From: a virus
DNA: 64,000 nt
IMG/VR virus record: IMGVR_UViG_3300012665_000925
Span: 32,001 to 96,000 of that record
Direction: 5' to 3' (one strand)
This document shows positions 29,678-38,932 of the stretch, in pieces (position 1 is the stretch's first letter; every line of letters starts with the position of its first letter). A model generated the notes under the pieces. The model was not told the DNA's origin and made no database searches. It saw only the letters and a list, made by a program, of their open reading frames with translations. The position numbers and the translations under genes were made by a program.

Positions 29678-30495
29678 AACTCGAACTCCTCTACGTTTTC
29701 TAGATTTGGATATGCTTTTTCGATTGGGTACTCGACCTGCGAATACCTGTAGGTCTTATCGTCAATTGCTTCATAGATGGCAAATACTTTGTGAGAGTCG
29801 TATCCAAGCTGGTCGACATACTCCAAGAAGTTATCCTTGATACTCACGCAGTCGGAGCCTGATGTCGCTCCATTGTGGCTGGTGGTTAGGCCAGTCGTCA
29901 TAGTAAAAGACCAGTCACGATAGATTTTTTTATTGTTGTAAAGAGTCCATGCAGCATAAACGGTATCTAGGCAGTGTCCCGACACCATCTTGCTGAAGTC
30001 CATAAGTCCATGCTTTAGAAGCCACTCGTAGTAGTCAAGAATAAAGAGTGCAAGCTCCCTGCGGAGTGCTACCCAAATCCCGTTTAAGTGGATAGTCAGT
30101 GAGTGGTTTGGATACTTGCGTGACATCTTAATCATGGTGGTCTTCCCTGTGCCCCCATCATTGACCATATGAGACGCCATCATCCAAACGCTGTCGTCCT
30201 TCTCCATCATTCTTTCCACCCTCTGAGTAAATCCAGGGTGGTCAGTAGAGAAGGCATCTCCAGCATTGAAGATAAATACTTCATGCTCTGTCTTAGCAAA
30301 GTCGACTAGTGAGTTGTAGAAGTGTCCAAAGTATCTGACCTTTTCGGCAATGACCCAGTTGTTGCGAACTACTGGCTCAGTCGAAACATCGAATACTAAG
30401 TAGTCCATGCCAGACGACCCAAGTTGAGAATCAATGTCTAAAGAGTTAGCCATCAACTCGTCCCAGGCGACTACATAGGTCTTGCTACTAATCAT
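29674..30495 (-). CDS. hypothetical protein, possible GT-A-like enzyme
   Basis: 273 aa. FIFNAGDA and GHCLD. Coupled to the cytidylyltransferase. Confidence 0.5.
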   Translation of the reverse strand: MISSKTYVVAWDELMANSLDIDSQLGSSGMDYLVFDVSTEPVVRNNWVIAEKVRYFGHFYNSLVDFAKTEHEVFIFNAGDAFSTDHPGFTQRVERMMEKDDSVWMMASHMVNDGGTGKTTMIKMSRKYPNHSLTIHLNGIWVALRRELALFILDYYEWLLKHGLMDFSKMVSGHCLDTVYAAWTLYNNKKIYRDWSFTMTTGLTTSHNGATSGSDCVSIKDNFLEYVDQLGYDSHKVFAIYEAIDDKTYRYSQVEYPIEKAYPNLENVEEFEF

Positions 30496-31691
30496 TACAG
30501 CCTTACAGGAATTACGCTGAGGAACTCTCGCGGGTCAAACTTTCCACCGATTACCATGCTTAGAAGTCCAGGCTTTGATTCCATACCTGCGCTGTCGCGG
30601 AACCATTCTGAACCTGGGTCAGTTGTCGGGCACTGAACCCAGAAACGGTGAGCGATGTCAGCACACTTAAAGTTGTGGAAGTGTCCAGATACCCAGACGT
30701 CTGCCAAGCCGAGAGCAGTCTGACCTGCAGACTGGTTTGCTAGATACTTGTGCGGGTCGCGAGCTTGGTGTCCGTGGAATAGCCCAAGCATTGTGCCTTC
30801 AATGTCAACAGTCAGAGTCTGATGCCCAGAAGCAGGGTAGCGGAACTCGATGTGCTGTAGAGCTGGGTTCTCGGCGCAAGCGTCTTGAACTGCTGCAGCA
30901 ATTTCTACGTTCCAACCATCTGCTGGGTCCGCGGCAACTTGACGAGTTACTTCGTCATGGTTTCCGTTCACAACGGCGACAGTCATACGTTCGGCTAGTG
31001 GGGCAAATGCTTTGACCTGTGCCATAAGCAAACGACGTGCAACACGCACCTGCTCGGTTAGTCCGAGGTCGGAAGCAGCCTGTCCTTGTAGACGACCGTT
31101 CTGGCTGACAATACCTTCAACGTGGTCGCCTGGAAGTCCGAGAGTGATTGAGCCTAGGCCCAGTCCCATTTTCTGTAGACCATTAAATCTTCCGACAGCG
31201 GCTTCGGTCAAGCTTAGGATTCGCTCAACTGATTGTTCTGTTCCCTGACCATTCGCCTTCTTACCAATTTGCTGGTCGCTAGGAAACACTGCAAACGAAC
31301 CTGAGCCAGTGGCAGTTTTAATGCCGCGCTCTGGACGCCACTTCTTCAGCTCATCTACTAACTTCTCTGCGTCTAGTCGTTCGGCTAGTGCAACTTTTGC
31401 TGGAACAACATTGATACGTAGTGACTCAAGGAACTCGCCGTCGTACTTCTGCCACTTACCACGACGAATAGATGTTACTTCCCAGTCGTTTGGATTGAGG
31501 TCGAAGTTCTCTAGAATCTCGCGAGCATCTTGAGGCTGACCAGCAGCACGTGGTTCAGAAATAATAAAGCCACCAGACATATCATCAACGTCCATACGTG
31601 GACGCCAAGATTCTGGTGTGCCTAGTGCTTTGATATCAGAGCCAGATTTTCCTGGACTAACTAATTTCTCAAACTTATCCGATAGACCCAT
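30495..31691 (-). CDS. calcineurin-like metallophosphoesterase (Mre11-like)
   Basis: SDQQIGK, GDHVEG, GNHD, FHGH, GHFH. Start moved to the ATG overlapping the upstream stop (TAATG). Confidence 0.85.
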   Translation of the reverse strand: MGLSDKFEKLVSPGKSGSDIKALGTPESWRPRMDVDDMSGGFIISEPRAAGQPQDAREILENFDLNPNDWEVTSIRRGKWQKYDGEFLESLRINVVPAKVALAERLDAEKLVDELKKWRPERGIKTATGSGSFAVFPSDQQIGKKANGQGTEQSVERILSLTEAAVGRFNGLQKMGLGLGSITLGLPGDHVEGIVSQNGRLQGQAASDLGLTEQVRVARRLLMAQVKAFAPLAERMTVAVVNGNHDEVTRQVAADPADGWNVEIAAAVQDACAENPALQHIEFRYPASGHQTLTVDIEGTMLGLFHGHQARDPHKYLANQSAGQTALGLADVWVSGHFHNFKCADIAHRFWVQCPTTDPGSEWFRDSAGMESKPGLLSMVIGGKFDPREFLSVIPVRL

Positions 31692-31960
31692 TAGTTGGTT
31701 CTCCTGTTGCATCCGCACTCGCCGCGACGGTGTCGGTCAACTGCACTGTTAGATGTGTCAAACCCTTCTTCACGAAGGACTTTGCCGATGGTGGCATTGT
31801 TTAAACGGTTGGGCGTGCCGTCGGGAGTTTCCAGCATATCTTTCAATGCTTGTCTATCGGTTTCTGGTAGTTGAGTACCGTGAATGATTGAGCCGATTTT
31901 ACAGAGTGTTGAACGCTTAGCTGTTTTACTAGCTTCTGCAAGCCTGTCTGAGAGTGACAT
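31691..31960 (-). CDS. small hypothetical protein (HTH/Zn-like) coupled to the metallophosphoesterase
   Basis: 89 aa, C...HRRGECGC. RBS GAAAGGA. Confidence 0.7.
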   Translation of the reverse strand: MSLSDRLAEASKTAKRSTLCKIGSIIHGTQLPETDRQALKDMLETPDGTPNRLNNATIGKVLREEGFDTSNSAVDRHRRGECGCNRRTN

Positions 31961-32031
31961 AGGTAGTCCTTTCGTACTGCGTATTTGTCTTTTGTAATTC
32001 TACTACACCAATATAGATGTATGTCTAGTAT

Positions 32032-32394
32032 TTAACTAGCTTTTTTTCTAGTCCTTCTTACTGGAACCATTGGCGATTCCAAAGTGCTATCCAGTGCTGG
32101 GGTGTAGCCAGGGTTGTTTGAGAGAAGAAGTTGCTTGATGAACTGAAGCTCGACGTGATTTTCTTTGGTGGTATCCGAGGCCGTTTTTACTTGGTCAGCT
32201 AGAGAACTCCCACCGTTAGGCCAAAGCTGGTGTTCTACTCGGTCAAGTCTTTCAGAGATTGTTCTGCCTTTTGCGTCCAAACCGATAGAGTCTTGAATTC
32301 GACGTGCTAATCTATAGATAGCAATGATGCCACCAATGATGATTCCAATTGCAGTTATGACTGCTGAGGTCGTAAAAATTACATCCATTTGCAT
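32032..32394 (-). CDS. membrane protein (holin-like)
   Basis: One N-terminal TM helix. NGGSSLADQV motif common in actinophage membrane proteins. Confidence 0.6.
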   Translation of the reverse strand: MQMDVIFTTSAVITAIGIIIGGIIAIYRLARRIQDSIGLDAKGRTISERLDRVEHQLWPNGGSSLADQVKTASDTTKENHVELQFIKQLLLSNNPGYTPALDSTLESPMVPVRRTRKKAS

Positions 32395-32536
32395 GAGTTA
32401 TAATGGTATCCCTGGTAGTAGCGGTTAGGTTCGTTACTACAATAATACCCTAATAGGGTCGCCCTGATTTGGCAGGTTGTTAGGTCAACCACTTCGGTCA
32501 GTTTTAGTGCATTTGCACAATTTTTTGCGTTTCGAC

Positions 32537-32565
32537 TTGCATTGTCGCATCTTTGTATGTAGTCT
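32537..32565 (+). promoter_or_regulatory. sigma-A-type promoter of primase-helicase
   Basis: TTGCAT-N17-TAGTCT. Confidence 0.6.
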
Positions 32566-32592
32566 GGTCGAAGTAGATTTAGGAGAGAAAAT

Positions 32593-35208
32593 ATGGCTGA
32601 TTGGAATTCCGCGGGAAATGGACGTCTCGCAAAAGCAGCAACTTGGTATGCATCGAAAGGGTGGAGGGTCTTGCCCTGCCACGGTATCGCTGATGGAGGT
32701 CGTTGTACCTGTAGTAGCCCTCACACGGAGCCTAAAGATGTCGGTAAGCACCCAGCTCTAAAAGAGTGGAATGTTAACGCCACCAACGATGCTCCAACTG
32801 TAGGCGGTTGGTGGGAGCGCAATCCTGAGTACAACATCGGTGTTTACACTGGCCCATCTGGGTTCCTAGTAATCGATGTTGACCCACGGTCTGAAGGTCT
32901 TGAGTCATTTGACAAGTTTGAAGAACTCCTTGAGGGAGTCCTACCTAGCACTGTAGAAGCTGAGACTGGTGAGTACACCCACAAGGGCAAGATTGTTCGT
33001 GGACGCCACCTCTATTTCAAGTGCGACCCTGAAGAAAAGCTAGTCGGAAACCTACTCAAAAACGGTCTTAAGGGTATCGATATCAAGCACAACGGGTACG
33101 TCCTTGTTGCTCCGTCTCGCCACTTCTCTGGAATCACTTATGACTGGAAGCCAGGCCACGCTCCTTGGGAGATGGAAATGGCTGAAGCTCCTGAAGAACT
33201 TCTACAGGTACTACGCAAGAATGCTCGACGCCACGGTAGCACTAGCTACACGGAGGGCAGTTGGGAGTGGATGAATGACCTTGAGTTCAAGGGCGAAAAG
33301 GTCAACGTTCAGAAGATTCTTGAAGAAGGTATTGACGAAGGTTCTCGTGCCATCGATGTCTACAAACTTGCATGTGCTCTAGCCAACAGCATTGGCGTTG
33401 AGAGCGAACACAAGAAGATGATGATTGAGACGACAATGATTCGTTTCAACGCCGAGAAGGTTCGTCCTCCGATGGAGCTTGAGGGTCCAAACTCATTGCT
33501 CATGCACACACGCCGTGCAATCGAATTTGTTGCTGACAACCCGAAGACTGACCGCTTATGGAATGGTCTATCTGATTGGCAGCAGGGTAAGACTTGGGCT
33601 GAGAGTGCCTCGTCCCCTGAGGCTCAGGCTGCGCTATCTACTCCTAACGGTGCTAGTCGTGGTCCTAACTCTGTAGGTCAAGCAATTACTCGCATGGTTG
33701 AGGCTGGCGTATCTATTCAGGATGCATCCAACAATGGAAATCTAGACATTCCTCAGGACCAGGACGCTATCTCCGAGCAAGATGGTGGACAGCCTGGAAA
33801 CCGTACTCTGACTGACACTGGTAATGGTAGACGCCTTGTAGATACTTTCGGTGCCGCTATTCGTTACACTCCAGGGTTGGGCTGGTTCCACTGGGACGGC
33901 AACTACTGGAAGCCAGACGTTGAAAACTTGGAAATGCAAGAACTCTGCAAGCGAGTATCTGCAGTAATCGCCAGCGAGATTAACAACTACGTTGGAGACA
34001 CAGACAAGCAGTCTGAGATTATCAAGTGGGCTAACCAAGGTAAGTCAAACACTCGTATCAACAACATGCTTTCCAGCTCAAACTCTGACCCACGTGTGGT
34101 AGTCGGTGTCGAGAAGTGGGACAGCGATGTCAACTTGCTTGGTGTTCAGAATGGTGTGATTGACCTCAAGACTGGCGAACTACTAAAGGGTCAGCCAAAC
34201 CTCTACATTACTCGCCGTGCACCTGTTGCGTACAACCCAGGTCTGCGTAACCCACGCTGGGAGCAGTTTATTGACTTTGCTACTGGTGGAGACAAAGAAC
34301 TTCAGAACTGGTTACAGAAAGCAGTTGGCTACACACTGACTGGTAACAACAACCACGACCTTATGTTCTTGGTCTACGGTCCTCCAGGTTCTGGTAAGAA
34401 CACCTTTGTTGAAGCAATCGTTAAGGCTCTTGGAACTAAGCAGTACGCTTGGCCACTTGACTCTACTGTTCTTGCTGCCAATGACGGCTCTGCTAACCGC
34501 TCTGACGAGTACCACTGGGCACAGCTTCGTGGTCGCCGTATGGTTTGGGTCGATGAGTTGCCAGAATCCGAGCGACTAAAAGAGAACGCTGTAAAGAAGC
34601 TAACTGGTTCGTCTGAAATCTCAGCACGTTCCCCTGGTGAGCAGCCGTTTACGTTCGAGGCTCAGGCGAAGCTTTGGGTTACCACTAACCACCGTCCTAC
34701 GATTATGGATGATGCTATGTGGCGTCGTCTTCGTCCAATCCCATGGTTGCATGTTCCAGAGAAGTCTGACCCAGACTTGAAGGCTTACTTGTTTGACCCT
34801 GAGGGCGGTCTTGCTGGAGTTCTTGCTTGGGCTGTCGAAGGTGCTGTTAAGTATCTAGGCTCCTCTGCTAAGGACCCGCTAGGTATGTGCGGTGCTGTTG
34901 AAGAAGCTTCGTCTATCTACCGCAAGGAGCAGGACCGAATTGGTCTATTCATTGAGGAAGAGACTATCGAGACTGACGGTAATGACATGCCAGTCAAGAA
35001 GCTGTACACCATCTACAAGATGTGGTGCGGTGAGCGCGGTGAGTATCCTCTATCTCAGGCAAACTTCCAGCGTCGTCTTGCTGACCGCGGTATGGAAATT
35101 GGTGGTCACGGTACAAACGCTATTCTCAAGAACCGTTTCACTAGACCTCGTGCAGTTCCTGATTCTCAGGTCGACTACTCTCTTCTTAGTCGAGCAGCTG
35201 ACTTCTAA
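32593..35208 (+). CDS. bifunctional primase-polymerase fused to D5-like SF3 helicase
   Basis: GKHP, NIGVYTG, VIDVDP, GRHLYF, APSRH, TDTGNG, GPPGSGKN, VTTNH. Confidence 0.92.
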   Translation: MADWNSAGNGRLAKAATWYASKGWRVLPCHGIADGGRCTCSSPHTEPKDVGKHPALKEWNVNATNDAPTVGGWWERNPEYNIGVYTGPSGFLVIDVDPRSEGLESFDKFEELLEGVLPSTVEAETGEYTHKGKIVRGRHLYFKCDPEEKLVGNLLKNGLKGIDIKHNGYVLVAPSRHFSGITYDWKPGHAPWEMEMAEAPEELLQVLRKNARRHGSTSYTEGSWEWMNDLEFKGEKVNVQKILEEGIDEGSRAIDVYKLACALANSIGVESEHKKMMIETTMIRFNAEKVRPPMELEGPNSLLMHTRRAIEFVADNPKTDRLWNGLSDWQQGKTWAESASSPEAQAALSTPNGASRGPNSVGQAITRMVEAGVSIQDASNNGNLDIPQDQDAISEQDGGQPGNRTLTDTGNGRRLVDTFGAAIRYTPGLGWFHWDGNYWKPDVENLEMQELCKRVSAVIASEINNYVGDTDKQSEIIKWANQGKSNTRINNMLSSSNSDPRVVVGVEKWDSDVNLLGVQNGVIDLKTGELLKGQPNLYITRRAPVAYNPGLRNPRWEQFIDFATGGDKELQNWLQKAVGYTLTGNNNHDLMFLVYGPPGSGKNTFVEAIVKALGTKQYAWPLDSTVLAANDGSANRSDEYHWAQLRGRRMVWVDELPESERLKENAVKKLTGSSEISARSPGEQPFTFEAQAKLWVTTNHRPTIMDDAMWRRLRPIPWLHVPEKSDPDLKAYLFDPEGGLAGVLAWAVEGAVKYLGSSAKDPLGMCGAVEEASSIYRKEQDRIGLFIEEETIETDGNDMPVKKLYTIYKMWCGERGEYPLSQANFQRRLADRGMEIGGHGTNAILKNRFTRPRAVPDSQVDYSLLSRAADF

Positions 35209-35259
35209 AAAACAACCCTGTCACTAATACATAACTAAGATTTGTGTAGTAGAATGGCA

Positions 35260-35318
35260 ATGTGTTTCGGGAGAGAGGCACGTGGGGGCTGGTAGTTCTC
35301 AGCTACTAGCCCCCTTCT
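35260..35318 (+). ncRNA. candidate short RNA or leader (two hairpins after a TAGAAT -10)
   Basis: TAGAAT 35250-55. 9-bp stem with GGGAGA loop (35260-83), then a 14-bp stem (35284-314) and TTCT. Confidence 0.4.
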
Positions 35319-35336
35319 AACTACTTAGGAGACTAA

Positions 35337-36143
35337 ATGAAAATTTGCATCGCTACCCCGATGTATGGCGGTAATGCAAAGAGCAACTACTCGTCATCAC
35401 TACTGCAGCTTCTTGCTGCGCTCACCTCTGCTGGACACCAAGCATTTCAAACTGTAATCACGAACGAGAGTCTTATTACTAGAGCTAGAAATACTCTAGC
35501 CAAAGAGTTCCTAAAGACTGATGCGGATGCAATCCTGTTTATCGATGCAGACCACGGATTCTTTGCTGAAGACATCATCAAAATGATTGAGTCTGGTAAA
35601 GACTTGATTGGCGGCATCTACCCGATGAAGGCAATCAACTGGACCAATGTTCGTAAGGCAGCTCTTGCTGGTAAAGAAGACCTAGAGTCTTACTCTGGAT
35701 TCTTTGCTGTCAACTTCCTTGAAGAAGAGCAGACATTTCAGTATTTCGAACCATTCAAGGTTCGCGACATCGGTACTGGAATGATGTTTGCTACCCGTAA
35801 GGTGTTTGAAGACTTGAAGCCTATTTGTAAGTCATACAAAAACAACTCAATCAGTAACGGCGGCATCGAGGATGCAACTATCACTGAATACTTCACCACA
35901 ATGATTACTGACGAGCCAGAATCAATTCTGCTATCTGAGGATTACGCGTTCTGCCACATGTGGCGTTCGCTAGGTAACGACGTCTATGCTGCCCCGTGGG
36001 TTCGAATGACTCACTCTGGTGACTACAACTTCGCTGGAAACTTCTTGCGTATGCTAGAAGCTAATCAGATGCCTGCTGCTCCGATTGCAGGTCAACCAGA
36101 TTCTTCACCGTCGTCGGATGCCACTTCCGAAGATTCTGAGTAG
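35337..36143 (+). CDS. glycosyltransferase family 2-like protein
   Basis: IATPMY, NESLITRARN, LFIDAD, GTGMM, LSEDYAFC. Confidence 0.8.
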   Translation: MKICIATPMYGGNAKSNYSSSLLQLLAALTSAGHQAFQTVITNESLITRARNTLAKEFLKTDADAILFIDADHGFFAEDIIKMIESGKDLIGGIYPMKAINWTNVRKAALAGKEDLESYSGFFAVNFLEEEQTFQYFEPFKVRDIGTGMMFATRKVFEDLKPICKSYKNNSISNGGIEDATITEYFTTMITDEPESILLSEDYAFCHMWRSLGNDVYAAPWVRMTHSGDYNFAGNFLRMLEANQMPAAPIAGQPDSSPSSDATSEDSE

Positions 36144-36741
36144 GAATCTCGTCGCGGTTTAGGCCGTCGGCAATTGTTTTAAACGAAGCCCCTGAAGCTC
36201 TTTCAGACAGAATTCTCTGTTTGATATCTTCGGGGGTTTTGTTCTTGGGCCCCATGTCTACGCCCCACACCACTCCGCGCTCGCGGCGGTCCTTGTGAAC
36301 ATCACGCTGACGCTCAGCAATGATTCCACGTTCCATCTCGGCTAGGGCGGACATAATTGTAACTACGAATCGGCCCTGGTAGCTAGAGGTGTCTAGGTTC
36401 AGGTCCAGCATCACAAGACGCCAGCCGTTCTTATTGGCTCGGTCTACGATGCTTAGGAAGTCCTGGGTTGAGCGAGCCAGGCGGTCGATGCGAGTGACGA
36501 AGAGTGCCTTTGCTTCCCCCGCGTCCAACCTCTTCAAGGCGTTAGTGAGTGCTGGTCGCCCAGAGATAGATTTACCAGAGCGTCCTTCTTCTCGGACAAG
36601 CTCTATGTTTGCATAGCCAGCCAACTCGGCTGCTTGATGGAGCTGACGCTCTTGGACGTCAAGAGATACGCCGTCGTTTACCTGTAGTTGGGTAGATACG
36701 CGTGCGTAAAGTAAGGCTAAATCAGTAGGTTCAACATCCAC
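36061..36741 (-). CDS. serine recombinase (resolvase domain plus short C-terminal DNA-binding domain)
   Basis: YARVST, SGKSISGRP, RIDRLAR, AEMER. Confidence 0.9.
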   Translation of the reverse strand: MDVEPTDLALLYARVSTQLQVNDGVSLDVQERQLHQAAELAGYANIELVREEGRSGKSISGRPALTNALKRLDAGEAKALFVTRIDRLARSTQDFLSIVDRANKNGWRLVMLDLNLDTSSYQGRFVVTIMSALAEMERGIIAERQRDVHKDRRERGVVWGVDMGPKNKTPEDIKQRILSERASGASFKTIADGLNRDEIPTQNLRKWHPTTVKNLVDLQSEQQASD

Positions 36742-36748
36742 TTATTAA

Positions 36749-37645
36749 TTATAAGTCAGTAAGAATTGTTGTTACTGTGGTGTGGAGTGATTCTAGTCCG
36801 TTGTAGTTTGAGATGCGGTGGTCAAACTTGTAGTCATCTAGAGCGTGCTCTGAGATGTGGTCATTTGCGGCTTTGTAGCCAATACGCTCTACTCGCCAGA
36901 TTTCTCCGCCTAGCTTTTTGATTTCATCAGCCTCGTTTGGAAAACGGACGTCAGCAAACACAACTTTGGAGCCATCTGGGATGGCTTTAATTGCCTGGTC
37001 CACCCAGAAGTTCTCTCCGAACATATCGCGACCTACTTCTGTGCCTAGGCGTTGGAGTAGCTCACGGACGCCTGGGGTGATTACTTTTGCCGTATCCCAG
37101 TCTAGGTCTTTGCCTAGGGACTGCCTTACGGACATGTAACTGCCCTCGATAGTCTGAACTGCTGGGTTGAGTCGGGTTAGTGCTTCTTTCATAGGGGCAG
37201 CAAAAGACATCTTGACGTACCCGTGATTCTCGACCATGTGGTCAGCGATAGTGTCTTTGCCAGCACGTGCCCACCCAGAAAGTCCGATGCAAGTAACACG
37301 AGGTACTAACTGTCCGTCCTTGAGAACCATTAGTGGAATACCGATTGCTTGAGCAACGTGTACCTCAAGCTGAGCACCCTTTGAAGTTTGCCATCCTGGC
37401 AGGACACAGAGTGCATCCACGTCCATAACATGCGGTAGGTCTCGACGCATGTACCAAGACCACAGTTGGTTTGGTCGGTCAGGAGAGCCAGCTGAGTCTA
37501 GGGCTTCTTGAACCGTTGCTCCGTCATTGTGAGCGGGATTGATTACATCGTGGCCCAGAGAGTCTAGTTGGCGTTCTGCGTCAAAGAAAGCTGGAAAGTT
37601 CCAGTCTTTGATTCCTGTCATTGGACCTGCGATGTATACCTTCAT
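36749..37645 (-). CDS. DUF4406 (nucleoside deoxyribosyltransferase-like) fused to dNMP kinase
   Basis: N-terminal VYIAGPMTG...NPA...LPGW..SKGA..E. C-terminal GLSGWARAGKD, RELLQRLGTE, DVRFPNE, HISE. Confidence 0.85.
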   Translation of the reverse strand: MKVYIAGPMTGIKDWNFPAFFDAERQLDSLGHDVINPAHNDGATVQEALDSAGSPDRPNQLWSWYMRRDLPHVMDVDALCVLPGWQTSKGAQLEVHVAQAIGIPLMVLKDGQLVPRVTCIGLSGWARAGKDTIADHMVENHGYVKMSFAAPMKEALTRLNPAVQTIEGSYMSVRQSLGKDLDWDTAKVITPGVRELLQRLGTEVGRDMFGENFWVDQAIKAIPDGSKVVFADVRFPNEADEIKKLGGEIWRVERIGYKAANDHISEHALDDYKFDHRISNYNGLESLHTTVTTILTDL

Positions 37646-38007
37646 TATTCCTTCTCTTTATCAATGTTTAAATTGATGTCTTTCACAATCTCGTCAAACT
37701 GCTCATCGGTGTCTGATAAGTCAGAAATATCTACGGAAACGAAGTCACCTTTACTGACTGTTTCTAGGAAGTACATAGCCTTAGCTGAGTCGTAACCGTC
37801 ATCGTATCCAGCAACAAAAGCTTCAATCTCCACCTGAGTTGCCTCCCTAACAGTGTACTCGTCAACCTCTTCATCAAAGGCAAGTTCTCCGACTGCTTCT
37901 TCAGGGGTACTGGCCCCTACGTAGTCGTAGTCTTCAGTCACACCGTCTTCATCGAAATACTTCCAATCGATGCGGTAGATTCTCGCGGTGTTTTCTTCTT
38001 CAGACAT
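37645..38007 (-). CDS. highly acidic hypothetical protein
   Basis: 120 aa, Asp/Glu-rich. Coupled within the operon. Confidence 0.6.
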   Translation of the reverse strand: MSEEENTARIYRIDWKYFDEDGVTEDYDYVGASTPEEAVGELAFDEEVDEYTVREATQVEIEAFVAGYDDGYDSAKAMYFLETVSKGDFVSVDISDLSDTDEQFDEIVKDINLNIDKEKE

Positions 38008-38588
38008 TACTTATCGGCAGGCTGTTCGAATGCTAGGCGAGTGATTTCTTCTGATGCAAGTAGTACAGCGATTGGGGCAGCGGCAGTGATTAGCACACCA
38101 ACCCATGCGCGGAAGTCTGCTAGCGAACCATCCCAGAAAGAGAGGGTGTGTGCAATGTTGGCTACAACTGATACTGCCGCGAATGCGGTTAGTCCGCCTA
38201 GGGTGCGCCAGGTGCTCTCTCCACGAGCTTTAAAAACTACGAGCGAGATTGTGTAGGCAAGAATTGCAGCATCGATAAACACTGCTGGTAGCCACTGTAG
38301 GAAAGTCGGTAGTCCAGTCCATGCTGAAACATCGTAGATGCCGTTAAAAGATACTGCGAACGAAGTAATCATAAGCAGGGAAACTAAGGCTACGGCAGTT
38401 GCCAGAACTGGAATGGCATCAGGATTGATGCGTGCTGATTTTTTTCTAACTACAGGTTCTTCTACTTTTGCAAAGTTATTTACAACAGGAATTGGAGCAG
38501 GTGCTGGTTCGCTCATCGGTAAGCCTTCCTTCTTCGGCATTGGTGGGTACATGTATTCAAGAAGTTCATTTTGGTCGTCGTTCATCAT
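38007..38588 (-). CDS. DUF2637-like multi-pass membrane protein
   Basis: Four TM segments: SFAVSF, PAVFID, SVVANIAH. RBS GAAAGGA before ATG at 38588. Confidence 0.7.
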   Translation of the reverse strand: MMNDDQNELLEYMYPPMPKKEGLPMSEPAPAPIPVVNNFAKVEEPVVRKKSARINPDAIPVLATAVALVSLLMITSFAVSFNGIYDVSAWTGLPTFLQWLPAVFIDAAILAYTISLVVFKARGESTWRTLGGLTAFAAVSVVANIAHTLSFWDGSLADFRAWVGVLITAAAPIAVLLASEEITRLAFEQPADK

Positions 38589-38627
38589 TTTTCCTTTCGG
38601 TGATATGAGTCTATAGTAAATCAAGCA

Positions 38628-38655
38628 GAAAAGCCACCCGTAAGAGTGGCTTTTC
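38628..38655. terminator. bidirectional intrinsic terminator
   Basis: GAAAAGCCAC-CCGTAAGA-GTGGCTTTTC. Confidence 0.75.
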
Positions 38656-38694
38656 GGTATTTCGCCTCACTGGACGGAATTAATACTTATCTAG

Positions 38695-38724
38695 ATTCTA
38701 GCCCCCTACGCTGCTCTCTGTCAA
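38695..38724 (-). promoter_or_regulatory. sigma-A-type promoter driving a short RNA
   Basis: Minus strand TTGACA-N18-TAGAAT. Confidence 0.65.
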
Positions 38725-38770
38725 CTCCAACATGTGAGATAATTGAGGTACAAGTTAACAGAGGACTGCC

Positions 38771-38932
38771 GTGAGTAAACCCAATAACATATGTGCCGTT
38801 TGTAAAGAACGATTCGTAGTTGACTCTTTGGCTCGTTTATGCGAGATGAAGCATGATGGAGTTGTGTTTGTCAGGCAAGAATATGTTCCTAGGCCCAATC
38901 AGAGGCCGCTAAAGCCTAAAGAAGATTCTTAG
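38771..38932 (+). CDS. small Cys/His protein (53 aa)
   Basis: MSKPNNICAVCKERFVVDSLARLCEMKH..., read manually. RBS AGAGGA, GTG start. Confidence 0.55.
   Translation: MSKPNNICAVCKERFVVDSLARLCEMKHDGVVFVRQEYVPRPNQRPLKPKEDS

Noticed and set aside
36061-36741. Large serine integrase / prophage boundary
   Set aside because: Too short, with no zinc-ribbon/coiled-coil domain, no repressor and no host flank. The whole window is phage-like.
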